Virus record (IMG/VR): IMGVR_UViG_3300032246_001270
Reading direction: 5' to 3' (one strand)
Source: a virus
DNA length: 64,000 bases
Shown one piece after another: positions 21,361 through 32,400 of the stretch. The position numbers and the translations under genes are program-made. The notes under the pieces are model-generated. The model was given only the letters and a program-made list of their open reading frames with translations, did not search any database and was not told the origin of the DNA. Numbering within the stretch: position 1 is the first letter of the stretch; the number at the start of each line of letters is the position of its first letter.

Positions 21361-21534
21361 ATGAAAAAATACGCAATGATACAAATAGATGCTGAAATAC
21401 ATCAAGCATTAAAAGAATTTTGTAAAGAGAAAGGATATAAAATAAATGGATTAGTAGAAACGCTTATAAAAGAAAAGGTGGAATCCTCAAAGAAGACCCC
21501 ACCTAAAAATATATTACCAGTTATTAGAAATTAA
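21361..21534 (+). CDS. Small ribbon-helix-helix-like DNA-binding protein; the only convincing plus-strand gene
   Basis: Below the track cut-off. MKKYAMIQIDAEIHQALKEFCKEKGYKINGLVETLIKEKV... (57 aa) has an RHH strand-helix-G-helix pattern and fills an otherwise empty gap. Confidence 0.7.
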   Translation: MKKYAMIQIDAEIHQALKEFCKEKGYKINGLVETLIKEKVESSKKTPPKNILPVIRN

Positions 21535-24500
21535 TCTTAGAAAACCCATCTACTTTTTTAATTTCAATAAGTCCATCTACAATATCTCTCATTTGTTCTA
21601 AGTGAGAAATAACCCAAATAAAATCAAATTGAGTTTTAAGATATTGCATCATCATAAATAGGGATGATAAGTTATCTGCATCTAATGTACCAAACCCTTC
21701 ATCAATTACTAAGAAGTTTGGTCTAGGTAGGTTGCATATGTTAATTAGAGCTACTCTAATCGCTAATCCCGATATGAACTTCTCCATACCACTACACATC
21801 TCTAAAGCCCACTCCTGGTCCTCATAAACGATTTTAGCGTTAATATTCTTTCCATCAGTATCCATTGAGATTGAGAAATCTACTACCTGTCCTAATATAT
21901 TGTTCACTTCGTTTTCAATTGCTGGTAAAGCCTTTGATATTAACTCATATGGTACACCATCTTTTTTAACTGCATCTAAGTAGAATGTATATAATTGGTT
22001 TTTACTTTCCAATTCTTTTACTTCCTCCATCTTAGCTACCATATTATCAATATAAGTTTTTGTTGCACCAACCTCTGACATTAATTTTAACATAAGTTTG
22101 TTCACATCTGATATTTGCTTTTCTACACCTTGCTTTAATCTACGAACATTTTGTATTTGAACATCTAATGCTTCGTTTCGTATAATAGTTCCCTCATTTT
22201 CAAAATATCTATTTATATCAGCGGATACAGTTTCTTTTTGATGTTGTAATAATTCAACTTTAGTATCGCAAGTTTTAATATCCACATCCAAGCGTTCTGT
22301 TACTACTATTAATCTTTTATGTTCATCAGTCCATTGTTTCCATTGACGGAATTGGTCTTCAACTCCAGCTAATTCACCTAATTGAGTTATAAGAGCACCA
22401 TGTAAAATGTTTAGTGTTTCTAATTGATTACCTTGTTGTTCTAATTTTGTTTCGGTTTCCTTTGCATCCTTTACGAATACATTGTTCATACAAAAGTTAC
22501 AATTAGGGTCATACTCATGCTCTGCTAAATGAGATAACTTTTCTTTGTTATGTTCAATCGCACTTTCTAATAATTCAATCTGATGTAAGGTATCTTTTAT
22601 TTGTCCTTTAACTAAATTCAATTGAACTTGCGCTTCACCAATATCAGTTCCATTTATAGTAACTTTAGAATCAACCATTTCTTTGGCTTCTCTAACTAAC
22701 TCTTTGGATTCCGTATGTTTTGTTGTTTTATCGGATTTACTATCACCCCAAACCTTTAAATCATCAACAATCTTTTGTGCTTTTGCATTTAGAGAATTGA
22801 TATCTAAGTTACCTTGAATTGGAACAATTTGTTGAGATATAGTTACGATTTGTTCTTCTAAATCAACTTTACGATTTTCCAAATCTAACTTCTCTGCATC
22901 TAAACTATCATACTCCTCTCTCTTTGAATTCAAGTCGTTTTCTTTTTGGGCTAATTCAGAAGTAAAGTCGGTTCTTCTGAAATTTCTGATAAGTGCATTC
23001 ACATCTTTGATATCGTTTGTAGCAGTATCATACAGCTTATCAAATATATCCAAGCCCATAAACTGAGCCATCAAATCTTTCCTTTCGGATTGTGATTTAT
23101 CAATAAATAAGGCATTATTAGCTTGTAGTGAAAGGGCTGTCATAATAAAATCCTCATATCTTCCCACATAGGTTTCAATGTTTTGGTTGGTATCCCTTCT
23201 CTCCGTTCCGTTAAGTGATTCCCTACCACTATCTCCTTCTCTCCAAAAATCAACATCCACTTTTACGTTCTTTCCCTTATTGATTGTTCTTCCTTCTCTA
23301 CGAATACCATATACAACTCCATCTACGGAGAATTCTAATTGGCAATGGAAATCTGATTTACGATTATTCATAATAGCAGATGCTTTGTAAGCCCTACTAC
23401 ACTTATCAAACAAACAGAATGAGATTGCATCAAATAGGGATGATTTACCCTGTGCATTTGGTGCGAATAATCCCATCAATCCGTTTACCTTATCGAAGTT
23501 GATTACGTTCCTCTCTCCGTATGAGAACATATTACTGAAATCAAACTTTATTGGTTTCCAGCTTATATTTCTTTGTAGTTCTGATGGTTGTATTCTACTA
23601 TTAATGTCACGATTTATTTTCTCTATTCCAGCCAAGTCCTCCTTTGTCACAAATGGCATCATACGTTCAATATACTCCCCTATTAAAGAGTTTTGATGGT
23701 TTATATCAGCTATACTATCTACTTCCAACCTTGCTTCTCTATCGTTAGTTTTCTTCTTATTGAATGTATCCGTTCTAATGATTGTAAAGTCCTCCACACC
23801 ATACTTTGCGGTAATATCAGCCATCATCCTCTTAGTATCTGCGGTATCCGTATTAGTTACCCTTACTCTTAAACGAGGGTATAAAGGCATATCAGTTACA
23901 TCCGGCACAATACCACCATCAACATCTAAAGTGTAATAACCATAATCATTTTTGATATCAATTTCTTCGTAAGTCATTGTATCTAAATCCCAAGCTAAGA
24001 ATCCGTGCTTATCTAATGTCTCACCAAAGTTTTGTTGTACTAATGAACCAGCATATACCACCTTACATCCGCTTGGTGATATCATCTCTTGTCTTTTATG
24101 AATATCTCCTAATAAAGCTAAATCATATCCATCGAATATATCAGTTGTGAAGTGTCTACTACTAACTACATAACCCACATCAGTTGTGGAGTTATCAACA
24201 GGTCCATGAAATAATGCAATCTTTTTGTTTCCAAATAGAGTGTTTGCTTTAGGCCAATTATATTTGTTATCAAATATACTAAATACTGCAAAATCAACAT
24301 CTCCTATTCCGTAAACTTGCGTATCCTTTAAATAGGTTAGGTTTGGTAACTTCAATGCATCTACAATTGGAGTAAGTACATCCATTCTATCCGAATTATT
24401 CATATTACAATCGTGATTACCAGCGATTACAATAGTAGGACATAGTTTGTTACATTCCGTAAACAACCAACTAATCTCACTTACCAATTCAGGACTCATT

Positions 24501-24667
24501 TCCAATTTAGCGTGAGCAATATCTCCAGCTAAGTAGATAATAGAATCTTCCGTTCCTCTCTTTTTGATTTCTTCAAACATTGAGTAGAATACTTCTCTAA
24601 ACTCTTTGTGTCTTTTAATGTTACGGATGTGTATATCCGCAATGTGATAAATTCTCTTTAACCTCAT
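21524..24667 (-). CDS. Mre11/SbcD-Rad50/SbcC (gp47-gp46) fusion recombination nuclease-ATPase
   Basis: ADIH, AGD, GNHD and GDIH phosphoesterase motifs; Walker A PNAQGKSS; zinc hook CNFC; signature CSGME; Walker B LVIDEGFGTLD; ISH switch. Confidence 0.92.
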   Translation of the reverse strand: MRLKRIYHIADIHIRNIKRHKEFREVFYSMFEEIKKRGTEDSIIYLAGDIAHAKLEMSPELVSEISWLFTECNKLCPTIVIAGNHDCNMNNSDRMDVLTPIVDALKLPNLTYLKDTQVYGIGDVDFAVFSIFDNKYNWPKANTLFGNKKIALFHGPVDNSTTDVGYVVSSRHFTTDIFDGYDLALLGDIHKRQEMISPSGCKVVYAGSLVQQNFGETLDKHGFLAWDLDTMTYEEIDIKNDYGYYTLDVDGGIVPDVTDMPLYPRLRVRVTNTDTADTKRMMADITAKYGVEDFTIIRTDTFNKKKTNDREARLEVDSIADINHQNSLIGEYIERMMPFVTKEDLAGIEKINRDINSRIQPSELQRNISWKPIKFDFSNMFSYGERNVINFDKVNGLMGLFAPNAQGKSSLFDAISFCLFDKCSRAYKASAIMNNRKSDFHCQLEFSVDGVVYGIRREGRTINKGKNVKVDVDFWREGDSGRESLNGTERRDTNQNIETYVGRYEDFIMTALSLQANNALFIDKSQSERKDLMAQFMGLDIFDKLYDTATNDIKDVNALIRNFRRTDFTSELAQKENDLNSKREEYDSLDAEKLDLENRKVDLEEQIVTISQQIVPIQGNLDINSLNAKAQKIVDDLKVWGDSKSDKTTKHTESKELVREAKEMVDSKVTINGTDIGEAQVQLNLVKGQIKDTLHQIELLESAIEHNKEKLSHLAEHEYDPNCNFCMNNVFVKDAKETETKLEQQGNQLETLNILHGALITQLGELAGVEDQFRQWKQWTDEHKRLIVVTERLDVDIKTCDTKVELLQHQKETVSADINRYFENEGTIIRNEALDVQIQNVRRLKQGVEKQISDVNKLMLKLMSEVGATKTYIDNMVAKMEEVKELESKNQLYTFYLDAVKKDGVPYELISKALPAIENEVNNILGQVVDFSISMDTDGKNINAKIVYEDQEWALEMCSGMEKFISGLAIRVALINICNLPRPNFLVIDEGFGTLDADNLSSLFMMMQYLKTQFDFIWVISHLEQMRDIVDGLIEIKKVDGFSKINF

Positions 24668-25602
24668 ATATTATTTAGTTTGGATAGAACTAAGTCATCC
24701 CATCCAGTTTGTGTTGCTCCTTTTAATAATTCTCTAACTGCTTTAAATCCCATATCCCCAGCATCCTTTCCTTTTGGTATAATATTCTTTACATTAATAC
24801 CATTCTTTATAAAATAATCAGTATGCTTTGTAGAATCGGTAATAGCATCTGAATCTAATAGTATTGTTACTTCCTTAACACCTTTCTCTATAATCTTATT
24901 CTTTAATTTACTCAATAAGAACTTACCAAGCAAAGGAATGCAATTTCTCTTAACTGAAAATGAATCAAATACACCTTCCACTAAAGTAATAGGTTCATTC
25001 CAATTGATTTGATTTTCAAACACAATAACATCTCTATTAACCGGCGGATTCTTATACTTCATTCGTTCTTCTTTGTAATATGAACGAGCTATAAAATAAT
25101 TCAAATCACCATTCTCATCATATGAAGGTACAATGATTCTACCAAAGTATAATCCTTCGGAACAATATCCAATATTGTATTTAACGATATCAGCTTGTGT
25201 AATACCTCTTTCTTTTAAGTAATTAAGTGCTTGATTATATTCAGGTTGGAATCCTTTTGGTTTGAAATGAAGTTGTTTGAATTCTGATGGTAATTGCAAC
25301 TTAGCTATATACTCATCTTTCTCAACTAATGTATAATCATCCTCACCATAGATATCTTTTAATCTATTAACGTCTCTTATATCTACATTAAGTTTGCGAA
25401 GAAGTGATTGGATGCTTCTACCCTTAGAATCACATACCCAACAGTGCCATCTTTGGGTATCTAAATTTACTTGAAGTTTCTTTTTGTGGTGATTACAAAA
25501 TGGACAATGATGTGCCTGTTCATTACCCTTTAAGGATGAACCTACACCTAATGCGGTGTCTAAAATGTTAATGACTGTTAGTTTATTCTTCCCAGATACC
25601 AT
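24664..25602 (-). CDS. DNA primase (zinc finger + TOPRIM)
   Basis: CPFC...HCWVC zinc finger; RIIVP, KYKN, VEGVFD and LDSD. Confidence 0.9.
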   Translation of the reverse strand: MVSGKNKLTVINILDTALGVGSSLKGNEQAHHCPFCNHHKKKLQVNLDTQRWHCWVCDSKGRSIQSLLRKLNVDIRDVNRLKDIYGEDDYTLVEKDEYIAKLQLPSEFKQLHFKPKGFQPEYNQALNYLKERGITQADIVKYNIGYCSEGLYFGRIIVPSYDENGDLNYFIARSYYKEERMKYKNPPVNRDVIVFENQINWNEPITLVEGVFDSFSVKRNCIPLLGKFLLSKLKNKIIEKGVKEVTILLDSDAITDSTKHTDYFIKNGINVKNIIPKGKDAGDMGFKAVRELLKGATQTGWDDLVLSKLNNI

Positions 25603-25619
25603 TATTAGTATATTCTATA

Positions 25620-25651
25620 CAAATATACAACTTTTTTGGGAATTTACCAAA
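25620..25651 (-). promoter_or_regulatory. Bacteroidota housekeeping-sigma promoter upstream of primase and Mre11-Rad50
   Basis: Minus strand reads TTTG-GTAAATTCCCAAAAAAGTTG-TATATTTG (20-nt spacer). Confidence 0.8.
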
Positions 25652-25852
25652 TTACCAGTTAGAATTTTTTAAATCGGTTAAAAAATCGATTAAAAATTGC
25701 ATTCTTGCTTTAATTTCTTCTCTAGGTTGGTTATTATCCAACATACCCTGAAGGTCTTTTAAAGATGCGGCTGTAATCATTAGTCCATCTTCTTTGTTTG
25801 TTAAAAAGGCTTCGGAAATTCCGTACTTTTTTGAGATTTCTGTAATATTCAT
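25652..25852 (-). CDS. Hypothetical protein
   Basis: 66-aa ORF packed tightly between neighbours; possible N-terminal HTH-like segment ITEISKKYGIS. Confidence 0.55.
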   Translation of the reverse strand: MNITEISKKYGISEAFLTNKEDGLMITAASLKDLQGMLDNNQPREEIKARMQFLIDFLTDLKNSNW

Positions 25853-25857
25853 AACTT

Positions 25858-26268
25858 TTAGTTTATAATATCCCTACGGAAGAATTTTCCCATAAGGTTT
25901 TCGTTTATTGCTTGGTCATTGGCAAGAACATCGTAATGAAATTGCCATTTAATTTCGTAATATGATAAGGATTTTTTTGAGAAACAAAATTGAATGATTT
26001 CTCTTTCAAAGTATTCAGCGTTTCCAGCTTTTACTTCTGATTTAATCCATTCGTTTGATGAATAGTATTTCTCCCAATCTGATGCTTTCTTTACAACTCT
26101 TTTACGAGTCTTTCCCTTAAGAGGTTTCAATCTTCGGGTTTGGGATAACGATTTCTTTCCTATATAAAATCTATTAGTTCTAGTATCAACTATCTTATAG
26201 ACAAATCCAACTGCACCTTCAGGTGTAGTATCTTCTGTAACAATATTTCCATTAAATTTCCAACTCAT
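25858..26268 (-). CDS. GIY-YIG endonuclease, T4 endonuclease II/DenA-like
   Basis: GFVYKI...FYIGKK, SDWEKYYSS, FEREII, YYE and NEN. Confidence 0.8.
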   Translation of the reverse strand: MSWKFNGNIVTEDTTPEGAVGFVYKIVDTRTNRFYIGKKSLSQTRRLKPLKGKTRKRVVKKASDWEKYYSSNEWIKSEVKAGNAEYFEREIIQFCFSKKSLSYYEIKWQFHYDVLANDQAINENLMGKFFRRDIIN

Positions 26269-26271
26269 TGA

Positions 26272-26448
26272 TTATTTTTTCACAGTATCAGAATACTTCT
26301 TTGATGTATCCAATTTACCATGTCTAGCTTTAGTAAGTGTGGTATCATCCTCTTTAGAAGTTTCTATTGGCTTTTTATCGTGTCCTTTAGTATCTATTTT
26401 ACCAGTCTTAGGTGGTGTTTTTTTGTATATATCTATTATACTTGCCAT
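26272..26448 (-). CDS. Small basic hypothetical protein (58 aa)
   Basis: Not in the track. MASIIDIYKKTPPKTG...KKYSDTVKK*, preceded by a late motif at 26469-26476. Confidence 0.65.
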   Translation of the reverse strand: MASIIDIYKKTPPKTGKIDTKGHDKKPIETSKEDDTTLTKARHGKLDTSKKYSDTVKK

Positions 26449-26481
26449 TTTTTATTTGATTTACTTAATATAAATATAACG

Positions 26482-27423
26482 TTATGTGTCAAAACGAACA
26501 ATAAAGTTTACAGGGTAATCATGCATTGATTTAATTGGTTGGGGTAATTTAGCCACTGCAATCATATTTAAATCGTTATCATATAACCCAATTGTAGTAA
26601 TCATTGGTGCTAAATAAGAACCAGTTTGGTCTACAGAACCACTAACAGCATAATCATCAAAACTACCAAATTTAGTAGGGTCAAATGATGATTTATATGG
26701 AAACATATTACCTCTAACATACTTTGTGCCTGGTGTATAAAATGATTGAGTTACTAAATCATTAAACTTTATAGAATTAGGTCTTTGAGTTATATGAGAA
26801 TCAACAACACCACCATCTTCATATACAGCTGATGGATTTTGAGAATAATTAAATTCATGCTCTAATACTGGTATGAATATTTCATTTTCAAATATTGTTT
26901 TTGTAGAATTAAAATTTAATACAAATTGAGAAAGAACAGAACCACTAACCACATCTTTTGCAATTACTATTAATCCTCTATCATAAAATATATTTCCTTT
27001 TATATTACTACCAGAATCAATAAGATTAGAATAACCGTCATCTGTATAAGTCCTTCCCAATTGTTTATCTTGCAGTACAACTGTACCAACCTTTATACCT
27101 TCTCCATATTGGTGTTGTGGTATTGAAAATACAGCTATATTATTTTCTAAAATTCTTTCATCGTTTGATGCATATGATTTTCTTTTACCAACTTCTGTTA
27201 AAATTGATGCGGTAGCTGCATTTTTATAGAATTGGTTATATACAGAAGCCCATATTAATCCTTTTACAAATCCATTACTTTTATCTGCAGTATCAACATC
27301 TATTAAAAAACTACTGCTATTAGCACCAAATACAGGACTTATATCAGTTTCATCCAAAGCCCATTGTTTATAGACTTTGAAAGGTCTCACCATAATATCT
27401 GATTTTGGAATCTCTTTAAGCAT
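26482..27423 (-). CDS. Virion baseplate/tail structural protein
   Basis: C-terminal ITTIGLYDNDLNMIAVAKLPQPIK resembles the tail-collar (P2 gpH N-terminal type) C-terminal half; paralogous to 27502..28746. Confidence 0.65.
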   Translation of the reverse strand: MLKEIPKSDIMVRPFKVYKQWALDETDISPVFGANSSSFLIDVDTADKSNGFVKGLIWASVYNQFYKNAATASILTEVGKRKSYASNDERILENNIAVFSIPQHQYGEGIKVGTVVLQDKQLGRTYTDDGYSNLIDSGSNIKGNIFYDRGLIVIAKDVVSGSVLSQFVLNFNSTKTIFENEIFIPVLEHEFNYSQNPSAVYEDGGVVDSHITQRPNSIKFNDLVTQSFYTPGTKYVRGNMFPYKSSFDPTKFGSFDDYAVSGSVDQTGSYLAPMITTIGLYDNDLNMIAVAKLPQPIKSMHDYPVNFIVRFDT

Positions 27424-27454
27424 TTATCCTTTTGATTTTATATAAATATTCTAG

Positions 27455-27488
27455 AAATGAAAAACCCCCTTTCGGGGGGTTTCATTTT
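27455..27488 (-). terminator. Intrinsic terminator
   Basis: Minus strand AAATGAAACCCCCC-GAAA-GGGGGTTTTTCATTT after the stop of 27502..28746. Confidence 0.85.
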
Positions 27489-27501
27489 ATTTCAATTCTA
27501 A

Positions 27502-28746
27502 TTAGAATGATAATTTAACTTTAATTAATATTTCTTTATCAAAAGATTTAGCAATTGGTTGAGAAGTTTTAGCTACTGCAATCAATTCGTTTGCATCGTT
27601 TAATAAACCTATTGTTGTTACATAAGTGTATGGGTCAGTATTAAAAGATGTTTCACTAAAAGTTCCATCAGCATTTACATATGTAGGATTATTGGAATAA
27701 TTAAATTCTCTATTTGTTGCTCTTACAAAGAAATGTTGTGTATGAACATTTTCAGTTCTTCTTGCTTCAAAATCACCACCAGCTTTTATAGATTCAAATA
27801 ATCTAAAGTGATTAAATGCATCATAGTATGTATCTAAACTACCACTTAAATTACCCTTAAGAGTAAATGTATTTGTAGAGCCAGATGGGATGTATATGTT
27901 TTTATCAGGTAAGTTTCCTACTACGTTTCCTATTGCTTTAGCGTTAAGAATTATAATACCTCTATTTGGATAGAACATACCATATCCTTGTCCAGTTGGA
28001 GAATATCCTGCTTTTAAATCAGTAGCGGTATCTGCTGTATTTTTTGTTGTTGCGTCTGCTTGAGTTCCTAAATTTAATGAACCAGATACTACTTTAAATT
28101 CATTACCAGCTAATCCCAAATCATCACCAAATTTCTTACCACTATTATCAATGAATGTAAAGTAACCATTAGAACCAGAAAGTTTTAATGACCAGTTACC
28201 AGCATCCATCTTTTCTCTATATCTACTTCTAGCTATATTAATAATATAAATTTCATTACAATCAGTTGCAATTCCGTTTGAGTTATCAAATTGAAATTTA
28301 GATAATGTTGGGTCTAATAACATTGATTTATATTGAGCGTAGGTAGCTTTAGTTGCTAATAATGCGTTATCATTTTTTTCTAAAGTTATAGAACCACTAC
28401 CATCACTACTACCCCATGCTATAGCGAATTGAACTTCTTCACTATCAGTAAATCTTGGGTCAGCATTTAATGCGTTTACATAATAATATCCACTATTAGC
28501 TTCTGTTTGAATAGATGAAGAATATATATTAGTTAAAGAACCAGAATCATTACTCCATAATCCAGTTGTTACAACTTCAGTTTTTGCATTTACTTTATCA
28601 AATTCACCAAATCTTTTATAAATACCAATTTTAGCATCACCAGCAGCCGTACCAACCAATTGATTAAGTAATTCTGTTGTTAATGTGTTATTATTAATTG
28701 CGGTTTGAATTCGACCGGTTATATTAGGGTCTGTTATTTGTGCCAT
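27502..28746 (-). CDS. Virion baseplate/tail structural protein
   Basis: G..Y..RGIII, EFNYSNNP and YVTTIGLLNDANELIAVAKTSQPIAK shared with 26482..27423. Confidence 0.65.
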   Translation of the reverse strand: MAQITDPNITGRIQTAINNNTLTTELLNQLVGTAAGDAKIGIYKRFGEFDKVNAKTEVVTTGLWSNDSGSLTNIYSSSIQTEANSGYYYVNALNADPRFTDSEEVQFAIAWGSSDGSGSITLEKNDNALLATKATYAQYKSMLLDPTLSKFQFDNSNGIATDCNEIYIINIARSRYREKMDAGNWSLKLSGSNGYFTFIDNSGKKFGDDLGLAGNEFKVVSGSLNLGTQADATTKNTADTATDLKAGYSPTGQGYGMFYPNRGIIILNAKAIGNVVGNLPDKNIYIPSGSTNTFTLKGNLSGSLDTYYDAFNHFRLFESIKAGGDFEARRTENVHTQHFFVRATNREFNYSNNPTYVNADGTFSETSFNTDPYTYVTTIGLLNDANELIAVAKTSQPIAKSFDKEILIKVKLSF

Positions 28747-28763
28747 ATTTTATCTATATTTTA

Positions 28764-29390
28764 TTATACTAATTGTTTATAAGTTACTGTTACAGGTATA
28801 GTTTGAGAACCACCAGTTTCGTTACCATAAACAGTGATAGTTGTACTAACATCAATTTTTAAGTTTGGATTTGGAGTGAATCTGAATTCTAAACCACTTA
28901 CAACAGTTGCTGTTGTTGTTACTTCATCATTTAAATATAAAGATGTTGTAGCTGCTGCAGCTCCTCTAGTTACAGACAATGTACCAGCTCTTTGGTCTGC
29001 TAATACCATTGTATATCCTGAATTTGAATTTCCTGATGGAGATGTTGTTGGTAATAAAGCCACACCACCTTCATATTGATTTACCGCAATTGATGGTACA
29101 CCTAATTTAACAGTTGCTATTTGGGTAGTTCCTTTTGGTAAAGTAACTAATTTATATCTTAATACTTGAGTTTCATCAGGTGAAGCTTCCGTTATAGGAA
29201 TAGCTTTAATTGCAGAATCGTAATAAGCTGAACCTTTTGGATGTGCTGGTTCATAAAGCGTATAATCGATTTCATCATCTCCCAAAGCGAACTTTGTAAT
29301 GTTCAAAGATTGACCAGATGCTAATTTTTGTCTTCCTTTTTTAGTAAGGATAGCATCTACTGTTATTTCGGTGTTATCTAAATATGCCAT
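28764..29390 (-). CDS. Virion baseplate/tail structural protein
   Basis: ILTKKGRQKLASGQSLNITKFALGDD resembles the tail-collar N-terminal half. Confidence 0.65.
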   Translation of the reverse strand: MAYLDNTEITVDAILTKKGRQKLASGQSLNITKFALGDDEIDYTLYEPAHPKGSAYYDSAIKAIPITEASPDETQVLRYKLVTLPKGTTQIATVKLGVPSIAVNQYEGGVALLPTTSPSGNSNSGYTMVLADQRAGTLSVTRGAAAATTSLYLNDEVTTTATVVSGLEFRFTPNPNLKIDVSTTITVYGNETGGSQTIPVTVTYKQLV

Positions 29391-29445
29391 TTTTAATTTA
29401 TTTTTGTTCTATATTCTATAAATATAACTTATTTTATTTTTCAAA

Positions 29446-32400
29446 TTAATCAACCTCAAGAATTGGTTCTCCACTACCTCTACCAGTCTTAGCCACTCTA
29501 AGGATGTTAGGATTAGTAGTAAATGTTTCAACTGGGTCTAATCCATCAGGTGTAGTTGCTGCAGATTGTAATGAACCCTTCCAAAATGAACGAGTCATAC
29601 CTTCAGATAAGTTATTTACATATCTATAATGTGTTGGTAAGTATCCATTTACAGACTCTACTGAAACAATATTATTTCCTATTGCTACGCTACCACTCCA
29701 AGATTGAGAAGAAACTTTATATTTGTATTTTGTAACAGGAATATTTGTATATCTAACTTGACTTCCAGATAATGCGCCATTCACAGGGTATCCATCTATT
29801 TGTGTTGATATTTTTTGAACATATTGTTCTTTTACCAAAAATACACTTTTTCTACTTCCAGTTTGTTGATAATTTCCAAATAATGTTTCTAATTCTCTTA
29901 CTACGGCAGTTCCATTTTTTGCATATAACCCATATCCTGCATTTGCTAAAGAATCCTTTTCCATACCAATTGCTTGAAAACTAAATGCATCAACTTCAAT
30001 AACTATATTACTTCCTGTATTAGTTGCCTGTAAAAATGTTTCATACATTGGTAAATTACCTTCTAATTTAGTATTATCATTTGCATTAATTTGAGTATCA
30101 TAATTTGAATTAGTTCCATTCAAATAATATATTTCTTGTGCATCAATTAATCCTTCTTCATTACTAATATTGCTTGTAAGTGTTGTTACTTCTTGTGCAT
30201 CTATATATGCATCTTCAGAAATTGAATCTAATTCTAATACAAAATGTTCATTATAATCAATTAGAGTATTATAATCTTCGTGCTCTGCAATAGGTCTATC
30301 CCAACGAGTTTTACTTCTTTCTAAATAGTGAGGTTCAATTAATAATCCTTTAGATACATTTGCTCTAGCCGGTGCTAAATCTGCAAGCACTTCAAACAAT
30401 GATTTATCAATGTATTTTATTAATCTGATATATTCATAAATATCCCTACCATTCATTCTTTCAAAATAGTAATGTCTTAAAGTATCTAATTCAGAATAAT
30501 GTTCTTTATATTCATCTCCAAAATCACCAATATAATCATCTATATTAAATTGTCCAAATGTTTTTAAGATATCCATGTTTAACTCCTTAATTGGAGAGAA
30601 AAATAATCCTAATCTATTTGTATCAATTGGAGCTCTATCAAATGATTTTTTAGTTGCTCTTTGTTTATAAGAAAGGTCACTAATTAATGTTTGCTCTTCA
30701 AATCTTATTTTATTTGAATATGTTAATCCTAAAGATGGTACATGTGCTGTTACAGTTCTATCATATGGTATATACTGATATGGGTAGTGTGATGCTGAAT
30801 ACATATTATTTGCATATCCATAATCTTCTCCATAGTTATCCGATACCGATACATTTTTAATTCCGTAATTTTCAGTTTTTGTTCTATCTTTTGGATATTC
30901 AAAATCTAAACGGAATAATAAATCTTTTGTCGATGAATCATAATCATTACCATTAGTTGCATCAGGAAATAAAGTATGATTTTCAAATTTACTCCTTTGC
31001 AAAGGTACACTCCATAATCTAACTTCATCCAAAGTTCCCTCATATCCATTTCCACCAATTTGTAAAAATGAACCAGTTTCCCATTGAGTATCAGTAGTTT
31101 GAAGTGACATACTCACCGATGTTATAATTCTATGGCCATCTGTTGTATTTAACCAAACTTCAAACCAAGAAGATGAATCAGGATTATTGTGTCTATTAAT
31201 TGCAACTTGTGAATAATATTCATTAGATATTGGAAAATCCAAACTACCTGTTTTTAAATCAGGTCCATATGCATATGGTTCATTATTTATATAAGATATA
31301 TAATATGTTGCGGGAATACTAACATTTTCATCAAAATATGTATTTGTTGATGCATCACCACCAAAGTTTAATTCTAATTTACCAAAAGAACCAGTAGTTT
31401 GTATTAAATCCAAACTCCATTCACTACCACTTATTAAACTATAAGATGTATTTGGTAATGTTGATGGAAGTATTCTAAATTCAACACAATCCGGATAGCT
31501 TGCACTTCCTGTATTGTATTTCCAAGGTACTTTAATATTTGAACTTCCGTTTGCATTTAAACTACCATTTAAATAAATTGCAGCTGTTCTATCATCAAAT
31601 GTAAATTGAGAAACTGCATCAGTTGTTGGGTCTTGAGGTCCACCAAATTCCATTATAGTCAACATAGATTGTGGTACTCCGTAACAAGCCATTATAGCTT
31701 TCATACTTCTAGCAGTACCTTTATGTTTTAATAGATAAGGTAAATTATTTAATATTCTTCTCCAAACTTCATTGTTTGCATCAGCCAATGGCATTGAATA
31801 TTTTTGAGTACCATCTTTATAAGTACCAAATGCATATTCCCAAAGTAATTCTGAATTAAATGCTCTTTTTGCATCCCAACCAAATGATTCTAATAGTGTA
31901 TGAACTAAGTTATTTGAAAATCCTTTTACTTGTTTATGTTCTAATACTTTAGTTTTTGATAAATTAGCTATATACGCCCATACTATATCAAAGTGTTGGC
32001 CTATCATATCTAAAAATACTAAGAAATCATTATTGTTATAATCTTCTTTTATAAATTCAGGTATATTATTTACCAAATAATCAGGGTTGTATTTATCATA
32101 TTCAGCTGCTAAATCTATTAAAGAATTATACCAAGCTACAACATCATTATTTGTTGATATTTTTAAAGTATAAGTAGCAAGTCCAGATATTGGATTTATA
32201 TATAATTCTTTTGGATATGCTAAATCATTTGTTGATTTATATAAAAAGTTTTCAAATCCATCCAATGATTTAACTAGTCCATTTATTGTATCTGATAATT
32301 TTTTTATTTCATTTAATTGAGGAGTTCCTTTATATTGTATAATTTCCCAATCAATATCAAATAAACCATCTTCAGTTTGTACTTGATATCCATCTTCTGT

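Noticed and set aside
25858-26268. GIY-YIG ORF as a mobile homing endonuclease or intron
   Set aside because: It is a catalytic domain only, with no DNA-binding tail and no interrupted host gene; it fits a DenA-like nuclease better.
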